Shown piece by piece: positions 46,006 to 58,798 of a stretch of DNA of 64,000 nt. The stretch is taken from NCBI GenBank assembly GCA_032718475.1, contig JAUCBJ010008759.1:1-64000 (forward strand), in the 5' to 3' direction. Position 1 is the stretch's first letter, and every line of letters starts with the position of its first letter. The notes under the pieces were generated by a model. The model ran no database searches. It was not told where the DNA came from and saw nothing but the letters and a program-made list of their open reading frames with translations. A program made the translations under genes and the position numbers. This DNA comes from Nemertoderma westbladi (lineage: Eukaryota; Animalia; Xenacoelomorpha).

Positions 46006-49000
46006 ATGTCTGACACAAAACAAACACTGTCAGATAGTCTCTTGGAGAGAACGATCTGTGACCCAGATCAAAGTATAGAACATCCCAGACTGAAGTCTAA
46101 GTCCCCTGTAAGAAAGATTATCCCTGCAGTAATGGTATCAGACCCTAGGCTAGTAAAGCACCATAGGTCTATTATAGGTATTAGGGCTCAAGTTAAGCGA
46201 GACCAGGAGATGGCTGCTAAACAACAACAACACCCGAACCGAGAACTTATTTCTCAACTGCGGAGTAACTCTAGTTCCGACACCGAAGGAAGAGTTAACT
46301 CCTGAGATCGGAACAAGGATGGAAGAAGCAGTTTATCCAGACCCACTTCTAATTTTTGCTGGAGCAGTACTCACTAGAGTACTTATAGCTATAGATGAAC
46401 ATCAAGCGGATTGGATGAGAAATAAGAGATCGACCAGGGACAGTTATGCAGGATACCCGATGGAAGAACTAAGGTCTATTGTAGAGACACAATGGAACTT
46501 CCCCGGACCCGGACTCCCGTTTAACTTATCGGAAGCTGCCTGGGAGGACTTATACCAAATGGGGGTAGTGAGGGACACCCAAGATCCCACTGTATGGAAG
46601 AGGTCAGCAGCAGGATATGTCCAGGGATTCTTCAACTCCTTGGAAAGAATAGAAATTCAATTATTTCAACAACCTCAGGGACCTCAAGAGCAGGGAGAGC
46701 TGCTTTACCAAGTGAGAGAACGTATCTTGAGGATCAGATTAATCCTTTCAGCCTTTGAAGAGGCCTCGAAGAGAAGTCAAGACACGTTGTTGCAAGTGGC
46801 TGTAAAGAATGTGGAAGGCAAGGCGGTATCCGAAAAACCTCATAAGAAGGATGCCATTGACATCTATCTGTCGGATTATTAACGATTTATAGGTGACAAA
46901 GAGCTAAGGAGACGCCTGGCTGGACTTCATCCCAATAGTGAAGGAGCCAAATTCGTGCTGGACTCTTTAGATGCGGAGATATTAGCTGCGGAGCAGGTTA
47001 AATTTGATGAAAGCATTCTCATCACAATGAACCAAGAAGAACAAATAAAGAAAAGGCAAATAGAAGACCGAAAGTTAGCAGCGGTAGCGGCAGCGGCAGA
47101 GACTGAAAGAAAAGAGGCAGCAGCAGCGGCAGAGGCTGAAAGAAAAGCAGCAGCGGCAGAGGCTTAAAGAAAAGCGGCAGCAGCAGCGGCAGTGGCAGAA
47201 GCAGAACGGAGGGCATCTGAAGCGACAGCCCAACTAGAGTTGGAGAACCTTCAGGCGAAACAAGCTACTCAGATACAACTACTGAGTCGATTTACTCCCA
47301 GAAGACAGGGATTTACCTCCTCGGATGAAGGTGATACAACTGATCCCGAGGGTAAAAGTAATAATTCTCGTTCAAATGGATGTAGAAGAGCGCCCCATCG
47401 GCATAAGTTACCTGATTTACCCCCTGCGGTGAGAAGGGAGCTAGCTAATGTAGATTTAAGTAATCGAGAGCCAACAGCCCAAATTATAAGAGTAGAAAGA
47501 CTCCCTACTATAGTAGATGAGCCAGAAATAATTAGGCCTGTTAACGAAGCCACTCCTTTGATAGAGACCCCTTTACTTCCAGAACCTAACTCGAAATTAC
47601 CTTTACACAGTACCAAACTACCTGTACCCAGTAGACAACTGCCAGAATCTTAGACAGTCATGGACGCTGAGCAAGAGATAATAAACGCAATGTCTCCCAT
47701 CGTCCCAATGTGCCATCCAGCTACGACGTTGGCGAATACTCTCGCTTCCGCGGTAGAGTGGATGGACGAGGGACGACGGGGGATGGAGCAGTTGCTCGGA
47801 CAACTTGAAGACAACAAAATCCAGTCTTCCAAACAAGTCCGAGAATTGGAAGGGACTGTTCAGCTGTTAAAGGGACCAGTAAGAGAGAGTAGGTTAGAGC
47901 TGCAAAAAGTACAGAAAAATATCGCTCTCGAGCGCAATAAATTAGTAAATATACAAATGGGTATACCACTACCCTCTGTAACAATGTGCCAGCCCATTAA
48001 ATCTGAAGTATTTCATGCGCAAGGTGTGGAGCCTACATGCATCTATACTGCTAGCGAAGAAGAAACTCCGATAGTAAACCCTATTAAGGGTATCAATAAG
48101 CCTGTTGATAATGATATCTCATACCGATCTGATAATAATCTGAGAAATTTATATACCGATAATTCGATATTAAATAATACGATGGCTCAAGAAAGTTTTA
48201 CATGACAGATGGCTAGAACGGAAGCTCGTCAAGCGGTAAAAGTGGGAGAAGTCGTCAAGTTCAATGGAGATGAGATGAAATGGTTACATTTTAATGAATA
48301 TTACAAAGATAACATACAGAACTCCGTACTATCCAACGGAGAGAAACTACGATTCCTCATCGAGTGCTTGGAAGGACCTCCCAAGTTAATGGCGTTAAAG
48401 TTTATTGGACATCCAGACGGATTGAGACAAGTTTGGGATACTCTAAACATCAGGTATGGTAATAGGACTAACATAGCTAGATATTTGTATGCGAAATTAG
48501 TAGCGCCCCGAAAGTTTCTTAGCAGCGGGATTATAGAGTTTTCCGATGAGATTCAGGAGATCTGTAGACAGCTAGACTGGTTGGGTAAGTCTCAGGAATA
48601 CCAGAGTTCTATGGTTGTAGGAGCCGTAGCATCAACTTTGCCCAAGGGTGGAGTAGGTACTCGCTGGGACAAAAAGGTTCTCTATCTGATAGACCAACAA
48701 CATAGAGACCCTACCATGGCTGATCTCATGTCGTTCTTAAATGGAGAGGTAAGATTACAGCTCCTAAAACAGTCTAGAGAAAAGACACCGGAAAGTAAGG
48801 TAAGTGAAAAACCCATTACTAGGAGAAATGTAACACCAGTGTGTTATACAGATGAATACGAAAGCCAAACATCATATGACGAGAACAGTGGCAAGGACAC
48901 CGATGGATCTTATTATGTAAACAAAGTTAGGAAAGATGTAAGTAAATCTAAGTCTCGAACCAGTGACAAGAGAGAACAGGTAACAACTCCCCCTACGTCT

Positions 49001-49904
49001 CCTAAGAGAATTCATGGAAGGAAGCCCAAAGAAAGAGCTAGCATCCACAATACGATGCAGGTTAAGGTAAGTAACATCAAACCTAAGTGTGTATTGTGCG
49101 ACGGGCCGCATCGCTTGAGTGGGTGTGAAGAATTCTTAAAGAAAACATTGAAGGATAGAAGTGATGTCATGTGGGATAAACGGTTGTGCTATAACTGCCT
49201 CAGACGAGGACATCAATGAAGAACCTGTTCCTCAGATGCGAGGTGTGCTAAGTGCGGTGCGAAACGTCACATTTTGCTGCACACCGAATTTGATAGGACC
49301 CGGACGAGTCAGGTAAGTGAGCCCGAACTACATGTCCAATTCAGTGATGTGAACGACACTGACCACAGTTCGGAGATGGAAGGATTCTACACTGATGAAT
49401 TTTCAGATGAAAATGAATCCTGTTATATGATCAACAACCGTATATCGAGTACTTACGTATGAGACCGAAACTGAGGGAGAAGAACCCCGACTGTCTATTC
49501 CAGATTGACAGCTCTCTGGTAAAGCGCCAACATCATCTGTCGGTATCCGAGAGTTTCCCGTAGTGCAATTGAGGGTCCATGGGATAGGCAAGAGCTTAAT
49601 AGTGAACGCCCTCCTTGACTCCGGAAGTACAGGCACTTTTATAGACAAAGACATAGCCGAAGATATCTTTGCTGGTCAACCAAAGTTCTGAACCAAACTG
49701 AACCTTTCCGGAATTATGCAGGTTTGGAAATCCATGGTATCCACTGATTACAACGTGGTTTCGTTGTTCACTCCCCAGGATGAACTAGGAGAAAATAGTG
49801 TAAGGTCAGTTAAGATGGTGGCGATAAAGAACTTTGCTACTAGCCAAGTGGAGCCTTACAACTGGGATGAAGATCATTTCACCCAGCAATACAACATACC
49901 TAGA
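46006..49904 (+). pseudogene. BEL #3 gag-protease, fragmented
   Basis: KFNGDEMKWLHF..EKLRFLIECLEG, CVLCDGPHRLSGC, CYNCLRRGH, then CAKCGAKRHILLH; several in-frame stops. Confidence 0.88.
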
Positions 49905-52425
49905 TTTTTTTATTTTTTTACGAGTCACAATCTTTGCAGTGTATATTCATTATCAAATTACTTGTTTAACAAATTAAGTATTATAGTCAAACAGGTATTA
50001 AGTTAATCCAATGCAGCTGCCTAAAGTTAGTTATTCTAATAATGCCTGAAATGGCGGTTAGACTATGTAGTACAGTAGAGTTTAATCTACCACCCGTCTA
50101 TACGTGCCTCCGCCACCGCTGCGCTGATGCCGGTCTCCCTCAAGCTACGCGAGTTCAACTTTGCCCTTGAACTCCGTGCGCCCCTCAAGCACATTATTGA
50201 TGCCCGTAAGAGGGCAAAACTAAGTCGGGCTCTGATAAATGCCAGAGTGGTAGAATAGGGGCTTTCACGCTTTGTCGAGAGAAGCAACGCGATTCTGTTT
50301 AGCAGCGCGTGCGATGCTCTGCTTGCTCCGCCAGTTGTAGCCATAACGAATGGTGAAAAGCCAGCATGCGCGATCTCGTTAATTCTTTGTTCGTATTTTC
50401 TTCGCTTTTCTCGCTGTGTTTGTTATACGAAGCATCGATAGAGCGTGGGTTTGACGAGCATACAGGGTTAAAGACTTTTACGTCCACAAACACACGTTCG
50501 AAACGACCACCCCAGAGCCCACTTGCAGCCACATCTAGTCTGGCGTCGGTGTCCGTGGTGGTGCTGTCTAGTCTGAATGCTTCACCTTCCACGGGTTGGA
50601 GGTGTGGCTCAATCTCCACATCATGCGCCACCTCTACCAGTAGCTCGCCGAGGAAATCACGTACCTCATTATGTCTTATTATTGGATAGGCACCCGTTGG
50701 ACAGTGCAGTGAGTGCGTAACTGTGAAACTAGCACCACAGACACAGGTAGTTGGGAGCTTTGGTGGCTGCCACCCATACCGCAAGCACAGCGCGTCCCGG
50801 AAGGCGGTTTTATGTAGGGAAAAGCTGTACTTAGGTAAGGGCAGTGCTGTGAGCCACGCAGAGGCCCCACGTTCCTTTGCTAGCCTGCAGTGGTAACGCA
50901 AATTGTCAGATAACTGTTGATCGACAGCTGCAACTTTCTGTTTGACCCGTACTTCCTGTTCCTTGTGAATCTCCTTTAAGATAGTCTGCTGACTGGAGCA
51001 GGGATTAGAATCGGAATTTTGAAGCGGTTCGCAGAGCCGTATCGAATTACTGTAGCTGTCTACGTGGTCGTCGGGTTTATTGTTAGCTAAACCCCCCTCT
51101 CTAACCGGAAGAGAAAGTAGGTCTCTTTCTATTGTGCCTGGGGCAGACCTGCCAGTGAGCATTGGTATTAATTCGTTATTAATACATTTTTCCACCTTAT
51201 CGAGGTGTTTAACGAATCCCGGGGTTGTCCATGCAAGATAGTTCAGTTTTGGTTGCATCCCTCGGATTAAGCACTCGTAGGCGGTGTGGGGAGCCGTAAT
51301 AGCTACTCCCTTGAGGTTATTCAACTGTTTACATATCTGATTGATGCGCTGATCTAAGTATTCTGTGCAAAAAGTTTCACTTCCTATCACTGACCCCAAG
51401 ACTCTGTGCCCCTCCACCAATTTCACAGGGGTGGCTGCGAATAATTCTGACGCGTGCAAACGATGGGAGTCCTTCACAATTAAATATGCCTTGGTGGGGT
51501 AGTACCCATATCCCGGCCCAATCGCCACTGCTGCATCCCAATATGAACGCAATGTCTCCAGTGTACCGGCCACATTTCCGTCATCGGCGTACCATTTATG
51601 GATTCCATTGCCCTTGTTATCTTTACCGACACCTACATCAATGTCCTGCATCCCAGTCTCAGCATTACCAACTCCATGGTTCCCCAGCATTGTTCCCGAA
51701 ACGCTTGTAGTAGTCCCCTGAACATCTACTTCCTCACTGGCAAGAATGTCCCCTGCACTGCCAATGTTTCCACCCAACGCCAAAGTGTCGCCTGAACCCA
51801 ACGGCTGCGGCTGTAGCATTCGAGACATCTTCTTTACCGTATTAGTCCCCTGAACATCCACTCCCTCACTGGCATCAGCAAGAGTGTCCCCTACCCTGCC
51901 AATGTTTCCATCCAACGCCAATGTGTCGCCTGAAACCAACGGCTGCGACTGCAGTATTCGAGACATCTTCTTTACCATCGGCAGAGTACCTGAAGCAAAC
52001 ATCGCCAATGCCAACGGGTCCCCCTGTGTAGTCCCTTCCTGAGACATTATCTCGTCATTGTCTACAAAAAGAGATGAGGGCTCTCGGTATGAGTTAGCAA
52101 GGATAGTAAATAATGGCGGACATATTACTTTCGTATTCAACAGTGCCAACTTACGATTTACCACATTAAAGGCGTTTCTCGCATCTATAAGCAGAATGGC
52201 CTCACATTCTGGTTCTTGGAAATGGGTTCATAACTCATGAATAGCGTGTTCTATGAAACCATATTGTCCGACACATAACTGGGTGTTGCCAGCTATTTTC
52301 TGAAGGTCCGGTTTAACAAACCTCATTATAACTTTTCCAATTATCCGACGTAACACCTCACCTACCCCAATCGGTTTAACGCCTGGTTGTTTGTCTAAAG
52401 GTGCCAAGCGACAGTGTATAAAGTA
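49905..52425 (-). mobile_element. CRE-clade non-LTR retrotransposon (RT + CCHC + restriction-like endonuclease), 5'-truncated, inserted antisense in BEL #3
   Basis: CRLAPLDKQPGVKPIGVGEVLRRI, EGTTQGDPL, WYADD, LGS, LPVREGGL, CVCG..HSLHC, RHNEVRD, ARLDV, DVKVFNP; A-rich tail at 49905-49919 (seen as T on +); two frameshifts. Confidence 0.9.
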
Positions 52426-52439
52426 CCCTCTGGATAAAG

Positions 52440-55050
52440 TACCGATTATCCAGAGGTACAATTATTACTCAGCCAAAATGCGGACGAGGCGCTTGAGACA
52501 ATAGAAAAACGGCCTGCTCGACCGCGACCACTCCAGACTTACGCGGGAAGAACAAGAGTAGGTTGGTACTTCACTGGTCCTTCCTACAGGACTCTACAAG
52601 AAAGACTTCCGAGCGAACAAGTCCATCAGGTAAATGAGTGGGAGGAAGATATAAGTGAAGAAAAAATCCTTGCTGAGGAAACCCCATACTCCTCAGAAAA
52701 CAACAATATTCACAATTTATATGACGAGGAAAATACCATTGAACTCCTCACTGAGAATCAAACTTGGTTAAACCAAGTTAACCTGTATATGTGAGTGTAT
52801 AACCTTATCAGTCAAAAGAACGAACAATTGACTTAAGACGATGAATTAAATGAAGCGGTAGAGTGGTATAATAATAAAGTACGCGATGAACACGCCGTAC
52901 GATTCTTTACTCAAGAAGCGGTAGAGCCTAATTCCTATGACAAAGCATTATCGGTCGAGGAAGAGAGAGCCAAGCAGATTCAGGAAACGACTACACGTTA
53001 TCTGAAAGATGAAGGTCGTTACGAGATTGGTCTGCGGAGATTGGTCTATGGAGAGAACCCAGCTTCGTGAATAACCGACCTTTAGTGGAAAGAAGAATCG
53101 CGCAACTTCATCGGTGTTTGACGGCTAATGATCGAGCCAAGGAAATGTATAAAACTCAATTGAAGAAGTTTATAGACAAGGGATACACGGAGCAAGTTCC
53201 GGAAGAAATACCCATAACGGAGAGAACGTATTATTTGACACATCATTACATACCCAAGCCCAGTAAACCAAACGAAGTCCGGGTAGTGTTTGACGGCTCC
53301 GCCCTTTATATGGGACAATCCCTAAATTCCGAACTGTTGCCGGGACCCAACTTACTTCAATCTTTGTTGGGAATATTACTACGACTGCGGCAATTTTCTA
53401 TCGCTTTCATTTCCGTCATTGAAGGCATGTTTCTACAAGTAAAAGCGTTAGCTAGGGATTGAGACAGCCTACGATTTCTGTGGTGGCCTGAAGGAGACCT
53501 CAACCGAAAACCGGTAGAGTACTGGATGACGATCCAGGCTTTCGGGATCATCTCGAGCCCCTCGAACGCTTGTTCGGTAGTGCGTACCACTGCCAATGAC
53601 AACAGAGACGCCTTCTCTAAAGCGGTTATCGGCAACATCAAACGGGATATTAACATGGACGACAATTTAAAGTCCCTCCCATCAGTGGAAGAAGCAATCG
53701 ATGTTGCCATGGGAACGGTAGAGTGCTTACAACGAGGTGGATTTTGCCTAACCAAATTCACTAGTAACTCCCGTGAGTTCCTGGAATCGATCCCAGTAGA
53801 AGACTGAGGTGTTAAAGTCCTGGACCTCATTAAGGACGATCTTCCAGAAACCAAAACTCTTGGATTAAAATGGGACACGGAGAGAGATATCCTATTCTTT
53901 CAGTTGAAACAACGAGATAATCCAGTTAGAACTAAATGGATTTGTCTAAGTATCCTGAGCACTTATTTTGATCCGTTGGGATTTATTAGCCCAGTCATAC
54001 TAGTTGCTCGTAGCTTAGTACAACAAATGTGGCTCGAAAACCACTCATGGGATGATCCACTCAAGGGAGAACTACTAAAGAAGTGGATGAAATGGGAAAA
54101 TTCTTTACCATCTATCAAGAACTTTAAGATTTCCCGCTCATATTTCGGTCACGTTCTCCCCACGTATTCCTATCAACTCCATGTTTTTGGAGACACCAGC
54201 GATATTGGAATAGGTATAGTAGCCTAGCTGAGGGTTGAAACTCCTGATGGAATTAAGGTTTCATTAGTCGCCTCTAAGGCCCTCATAAACAACAAACTAC
54301 AAGTTCCCAGAGCGGAGTTAAAGGCGGCTCTGCCATCGGCCGGAATGTAACGGAACAGATCGACTATCTACTAGAGAAAACTGTATATTGGACTGATGCT
54401 TTACTCGTTCTGGAGTATATAACTAATGAAGTCTGTCAGTTCAGCATCTTTGTTACCAACAGAGTAGCATTATACTCAGTCGCTCTAATATAGATCAATG
54501 GAGACATTGCCCTGGGACGATTAATCCAGCTGACATCGCTTCCAGAGGTGCAACTCCTCAAGAATTGATAGATACTCCAGACTGGTTAGGTGGACCCGAC
54601 TTCCTGGGTAAAGAAGAGGAGGAATGGCTCCCTCATCTCACCACAGCGGAGATCAGACAAGCCAAGGGAGCAGAGAAAGTCAAACCAAAAACCCGGATGA
54701 GTAAATCAAAGCTGTTTAAGCCAGCGATAGATTTGTCTGTACTACAAACCGCCAGTGACGCCACTGTGGATCTAAACTCACCCGAGGATAATACCCGAGC
54801 TATAAATAAATCCGTTATAGAAATCAAGGAAAGAGACTGGAAATCTGGAACACCAGACATCTCGCAAGGACTCTCTCCTCTTCTACAAAGAGCGATAGAT
54901 CATTATAGCTCCTGGAATCGGCTTTGCAAGGCCATTGTGTATCTGAAAAGATGTTTCCATCATCACTATTCCAGGACGAAGATAGCTAATGATACTGCTC
55001 CAGTAGTATCTGAAAAGGTCCATGCTACTAAAAGACCTTCCCACTTATAG
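52440..55050 (+). pseudogene. BEL #3 pol (RT and RNase H), fragmented
   Basis: TYYLTHH, VRVVFDGS, SLNSELLPGPNL, INMDD, FDPLGFISP, LHVFGDTS, YWTD, NPADIASRG, WLGGPDFL; stops and frameshifts. Confidence 0.88.
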
Positions 55051-55162
55051 AGTGTCTGATAGGTTTCTGACAGAGAAGATCAGTTACTAAGAACATAATG
55101 ATACCAATAAGCAGATACTGAGACTCCTGCAATGTTACGAGGATTCTGATAAGTATTTCCTG

Positions 55163-56542
55163 TTGTTGAGAAATCCACAGATGCGCTTAAGGGATCGTTT
55201 CTCTAGCACAATGATAGATGGGTTAATACGTGTTGGAGGGAGATTAACTAATGCTCCATTGTCCTTTGACACTAAGTTTCCCATACTCATTAGAAATCTC
55301 GAAATACAAATCAAGATGATTGTAGATGTTCACAGTAAGCTTTACCATGCTGGTAGGGAACGAGTTCTTAGCGAAATTCGAACTCGCTATTACTTCTATA
55401 AGCCCCGTAGAGCTCTAAACCAAGTTCTTAGGAACTGTATACCCTGTAGGAAAGCATTTAGTAGGCCTTTAACACAGCGAGAGGCAGAATTACCTAGGGA
55501 ACGAGTAAGCTGTTATGAACCACCCTTTACTATTACTGGTGTAGATTTATTTGGCCCTATTGAAGTATATCGTGCTAGGACTATAGTCAAGCGATGGTGC
55601 GTCATCTTTGTCTGTATGACTTGTAGAGCGATCCATCTAGATATGGTGAACGATCTATCTACCAACAGCTTCATACTGAGTTTACGCCGACAAATCGCTC
55701 GTTTTGGGACTAGCAACACTATGAGATCTGACAAAGGAACAAATTTCATTGGCGCCAATAACGAGATCAAAGCTTACGTAAAGGATTGGAACCAAAGACA
55801 GGTGGAAGATCAGCTACGAGTAACAGCATCTAGCTGGACCTTCAACGCCGCCGACGCCCCTTGGTGGGGAGGAAGTTGGGAGAGACTCATACGAAGCGTG
55901 AAGACCGCATGTCACTTTAATGTGCCGTGCCGCGCGTATCTCACCGACGAACTTTTGCGGACGTTAATGGAAGAAATCGCCGCCTATCTCAATGAGAGAC
56001 CACTTATGCCAGTCTCATCTAGTCCCAACGCCCTAGAAGCGCTAACACCCGTGCATTTCCTACTAAAGAAACCTGTAGCCATGCTCCCGCAATCGGAAAT
56101 AACAGACGGAGATGAATACTGCCGACAAACTTTGCAACTTATGCAGTTATTATCCTATCATTTCGCTGACCATTTCGAAAAGCATTATCTTCCTATGCTA
56201 CAACTTCGAACAAAGCAGTTTGCACAGCAAGAAAACGTCAGCGCCGGAGACATGGTCCTTATCGTGGAATCAGATCTTCCCCGTAAGAGGTGGCAGACAG
56301 GTCATATCATCGAGACTCACATATCCGATGATGGTTTAGTGCGATCGGTAGAACTCGTCGTCATGCGACGTAACTTTAAGAAACCTGGAATTGTGTTCGA
56401 AATGCAACAACTTAATCGCCCGGTTGGTCATTTATGTTTACCGGAAAGAGACCGAGAGTTGTCCGGTAACTATGGAAGGCAAGAGAATCTTCCCACGACC
56501 ACCTCCCTAATCCAACAAACATCTAGGGACTCCGCAATGTAA
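55163..56542 (+). CDS. BEL/Pao integrase domain (open 459-aa segment)
   Basis: GLIRVGGRL; HHCC zinc motif (H..YHAG...CIPC); DDE core TGVDLFGP, SDKGTNF, GGSWERL; LNERPL, LTPVHFL, DGLVRSV. Confidence 0.93.
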   Translation: MLRNPQMRLRDRFSSTMIDGLIRVGGRLTNAPLSFDTKFPILIRNLEIQIKMIVDVHSKLYHAGRERVLSEIRTRYYFYKPRRALNQVLRNCIPCRKAFSRPLTQREAELPRERVSCYEPPFTITGVDLFGPIEVYRARTIVKRWCVIFVCMTCRAIHLDMVNDLSTNSFILSLRRQIARFGTSNTMRSDKGTNFIGANNEIKAYVKDWNQRQVEDQLRVTASSWTFNAADAPWWGGSWERLIRSVKTACHFNVPCRAYLTDELLRTLMEEIAAYLNERPLMPVSSSPNALEALTPVHFLLKKPVAMLPQSEITDGDEYCRQTLQLMQLLSYHFADHFEKHYLPMLQLRTKQFAQQENVSAGDMVLIVESDLPRKRWQTGHIIETHISDDGLVRSVELVVMRRNFKKPGIVFEMQQLNRPVGHLCLPERDRELSGNYGRQENLPTTTSLIQQTSRDSAM

Positions 56543-56788
56543 CAGCGTTGGAGTGGGTATGTGACTACATTATTTTATTTTTATTTTTATATTTATGTAT
56601 GTATTATTATGTAATTTTTATTATTATAATTGTTTTCTTTAATTTTATTTAGTAGAATAATATTTTAATGATTATTCAGTAGATTAGTGCAATATATTCG
56701 TGTTTTATTACTTAATCACTTAGTATAATATATTTCGTTAACGGCGAGAAATAATTCATTTTCTCTTTCCTTACTGTCCGTATCATAC

Positions 56789-56826
56789 TATAAATACGTG
56801 ACTAAGGTATTGATGAAATGTCAGTA
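56789..56826 (+). promoter_or_regulatory. TATA box + initiator upstream of the LTR ORF
   Basis: TATAAATA at 56789 and TCAGT at 56821, canonical ~32-nt spacing. Confidence 0.5.
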
Positions 56827-57610
56827 CTTATTAAAGTACAATATACCGCCCCTACTATACTTAAGTATTATTGGTAAGTAGAGTATTAGGAATGCAAAGT
56901 TCAGATCCTCGTGTCTCGGCTAAACCAAGCTCTGGATAGACCTTGGAAACGACTTGCCTCTTCTCACTGACATTGTTTCTTGCAATATTGCTCTCATACC
57001 GTATCTTAAATAATACATATAGTAGAATGATGTCCATTTAACAGTAGCGTTGAAACGCAAAATAAATCTGTTAAACCCTTTGACCATCTGAAATTCTAGT
57101 CGATCAAGATATCGCGGCACCCACCGATATACTTGAAAGACAAAATTCTAGAATCAGTGGTTAACGTCCAATCGACCAATATTGACCAATCATTGCTATA
57201 TCGAGATATTGATCATACCTCCTCCTACCAAACCTCCCCATCATTTACTATTGATCTGTATGCTTATATTGGTATCCATACCTCCTGTTTGTGTACCATC
57301 TTGATGGTATTTATAATATCAACCTCCACCCCTTTTGTCGTTGATTGTATAATCAACTATCAATAATTTCCTCAAGTCCATGGCTATTGATAGAAGGACT
57401 GAAAGGACACAATAATAGTGTTGAATCCTCTTACTGAGATCGTATTTTTGCCTATTTCTGAATATATATGACATAGGCCTTCCCTTGCCCTATATCATCA
57501 ATGGAAGACATATTAGGTGAATACAATAAATTCATCAGATTCGAATGCTTTAGGCGCTTTCTGACTCCGTTCCGCAACGTTCAAGGACAGGACAGTTCAA
57601 GGACCGCGCT

Positions 57611-58798
57611 TTGACTAAGCTCAGCTTAAGAGACTCAGCTGCTGAGAAGTTGGACAGCGCTGGATTCGCCATTTTTAAGGACGTTTGTATACAGAACCTA
57701 CATTCATCTGTCATACAAAGACCCCGAATCCCCACAGGTTATTCTATTGTGGAAGTTCAAACAGTGGGTTCACTTGAAGAAACAGCTGCACCTATCTCAG
57801 CTATGCAAGTGGAAGAAGAACCAATTTGCTTGGAATCCGAAGAGATTCAACCCACAGCCCCCAGGAGTAGCGACAATGATTATGTGTTGGAATGGTATCA
57901 GGTTCCACAATGTCTCACGGCATATGATTATCGGCATGCCAATTACATTTCAAGGAAACATTGCCGATTATGTGCATCACGAGACCACTTTACCCCGGTG
58001 AACTCCAGCGAACCCTGCTCCTACTTTAAAGATCAACCTATTATGGAGATTTATAGTGCGTATTGTAGACTCAACAATCTACACATATTCGCCGTCTGTC
58101 CTCAATTTATGACTCAATGTCACCATTGTCAGTTCAAAGGACACGCAAGTTTCGATTGCCCTTTCAACCGAGATCTGGAGAGCGTAGACGAAACAGTTAC
58201 CCTGCGCTACATCAGAGCTTGGGAAGCCAATGCGGATCTCCATTGCGAATCACGTCACCGATACTATCCAGGACGTGCATATGAAGGAGTCTATGCGTTT
58301 CACCCATACCTCTTTGCATCCGTCGAACAAAATTCTCGCATTCCCAGTTACGAAATGATGAAGTGTGTTGGCGAGAATATTTCGACTAAATATGTTCGCA
58401 AGTATCTTAGGAATATTAATCCCAATAACCTGAATTCCTATAACTTGATCAACTTCATCCGTCAAGATCAGGAATACGGCGACTTGTACATAAACTCGCA
58501 TCCTGAATTACAAGAAATTCATCGACGACCATATGAATATAAAGCCAGAGAATGCGAATTAGAGAGAACAATCAAACCGCGGAAATTTCTCACTACACAC
58601 GGTCAACCTACCGCTGTCGTACAAACGACCCATCAAGGACCGGTAAGAGCTGCCATCCTGAAACAAGCTCTAAAGGTTGTTCGCCCTCGTTCCACCGATA
58701 TTGATATCGATCAACCGGGTACTTCGACCGGTGGATACACCGGTCGATCAGAGCAATCAGAGCAATCTTCCCAGTTATGCCAGCAGAGACCCACCTGA
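57611..58798 (+). CDS. LTR-encoded accessory protein of unknown function with Cys/His zinc-knuckle motifs
   Basis: 395 open codons in AT-rich DNA; CRLCASRDH..C, CRLNNLHIFAVC and CHHCQFKGHASFDC (CX2CX4HX4C-like). The C-terminal half is also open in the 5' LTR. Confidence 0.7.
   Translation: MTKLSLRDSAAEKLDSAGFAIFKDVCIQNLHSSVIQRPRIPTGYSIVEVQTVGSLEETAAPISAMQVEEEPICLESEEIQPTAPRSSDNDYVLEWYQVPQCLTAYDYRHANYISRKHCRLCASRDHFTPVNSSEPCSYFKDQPIMEIYSAYCRLNNLHIFAVCPQFMTQCHHCQFKGHASFDCPFNRDLESVDETVTLRYIRAWEANADLHCESRHRYYPGRAYEGVYAFHPYLFASVEQNSRIPSYEMMKCVGENISTKYVRKYLRNINPNNLNSYNLINFIRQDQEYGDLYINSHPELQEIHRRPYEYKARECELERTIKPRKFLTTHGQPTAVVQTTHQGPVRAAILKQALKVVRPRSTDIDIDQPGTSTGGYTGRSEQSEQSSQLCQQRPT

Noticed and set aside
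57611-58798. env gene of BEL #3
   Set aside because: No signal peptide, furin site or transmembrane anchor evident; it has zinc-knuckle motifs instead.
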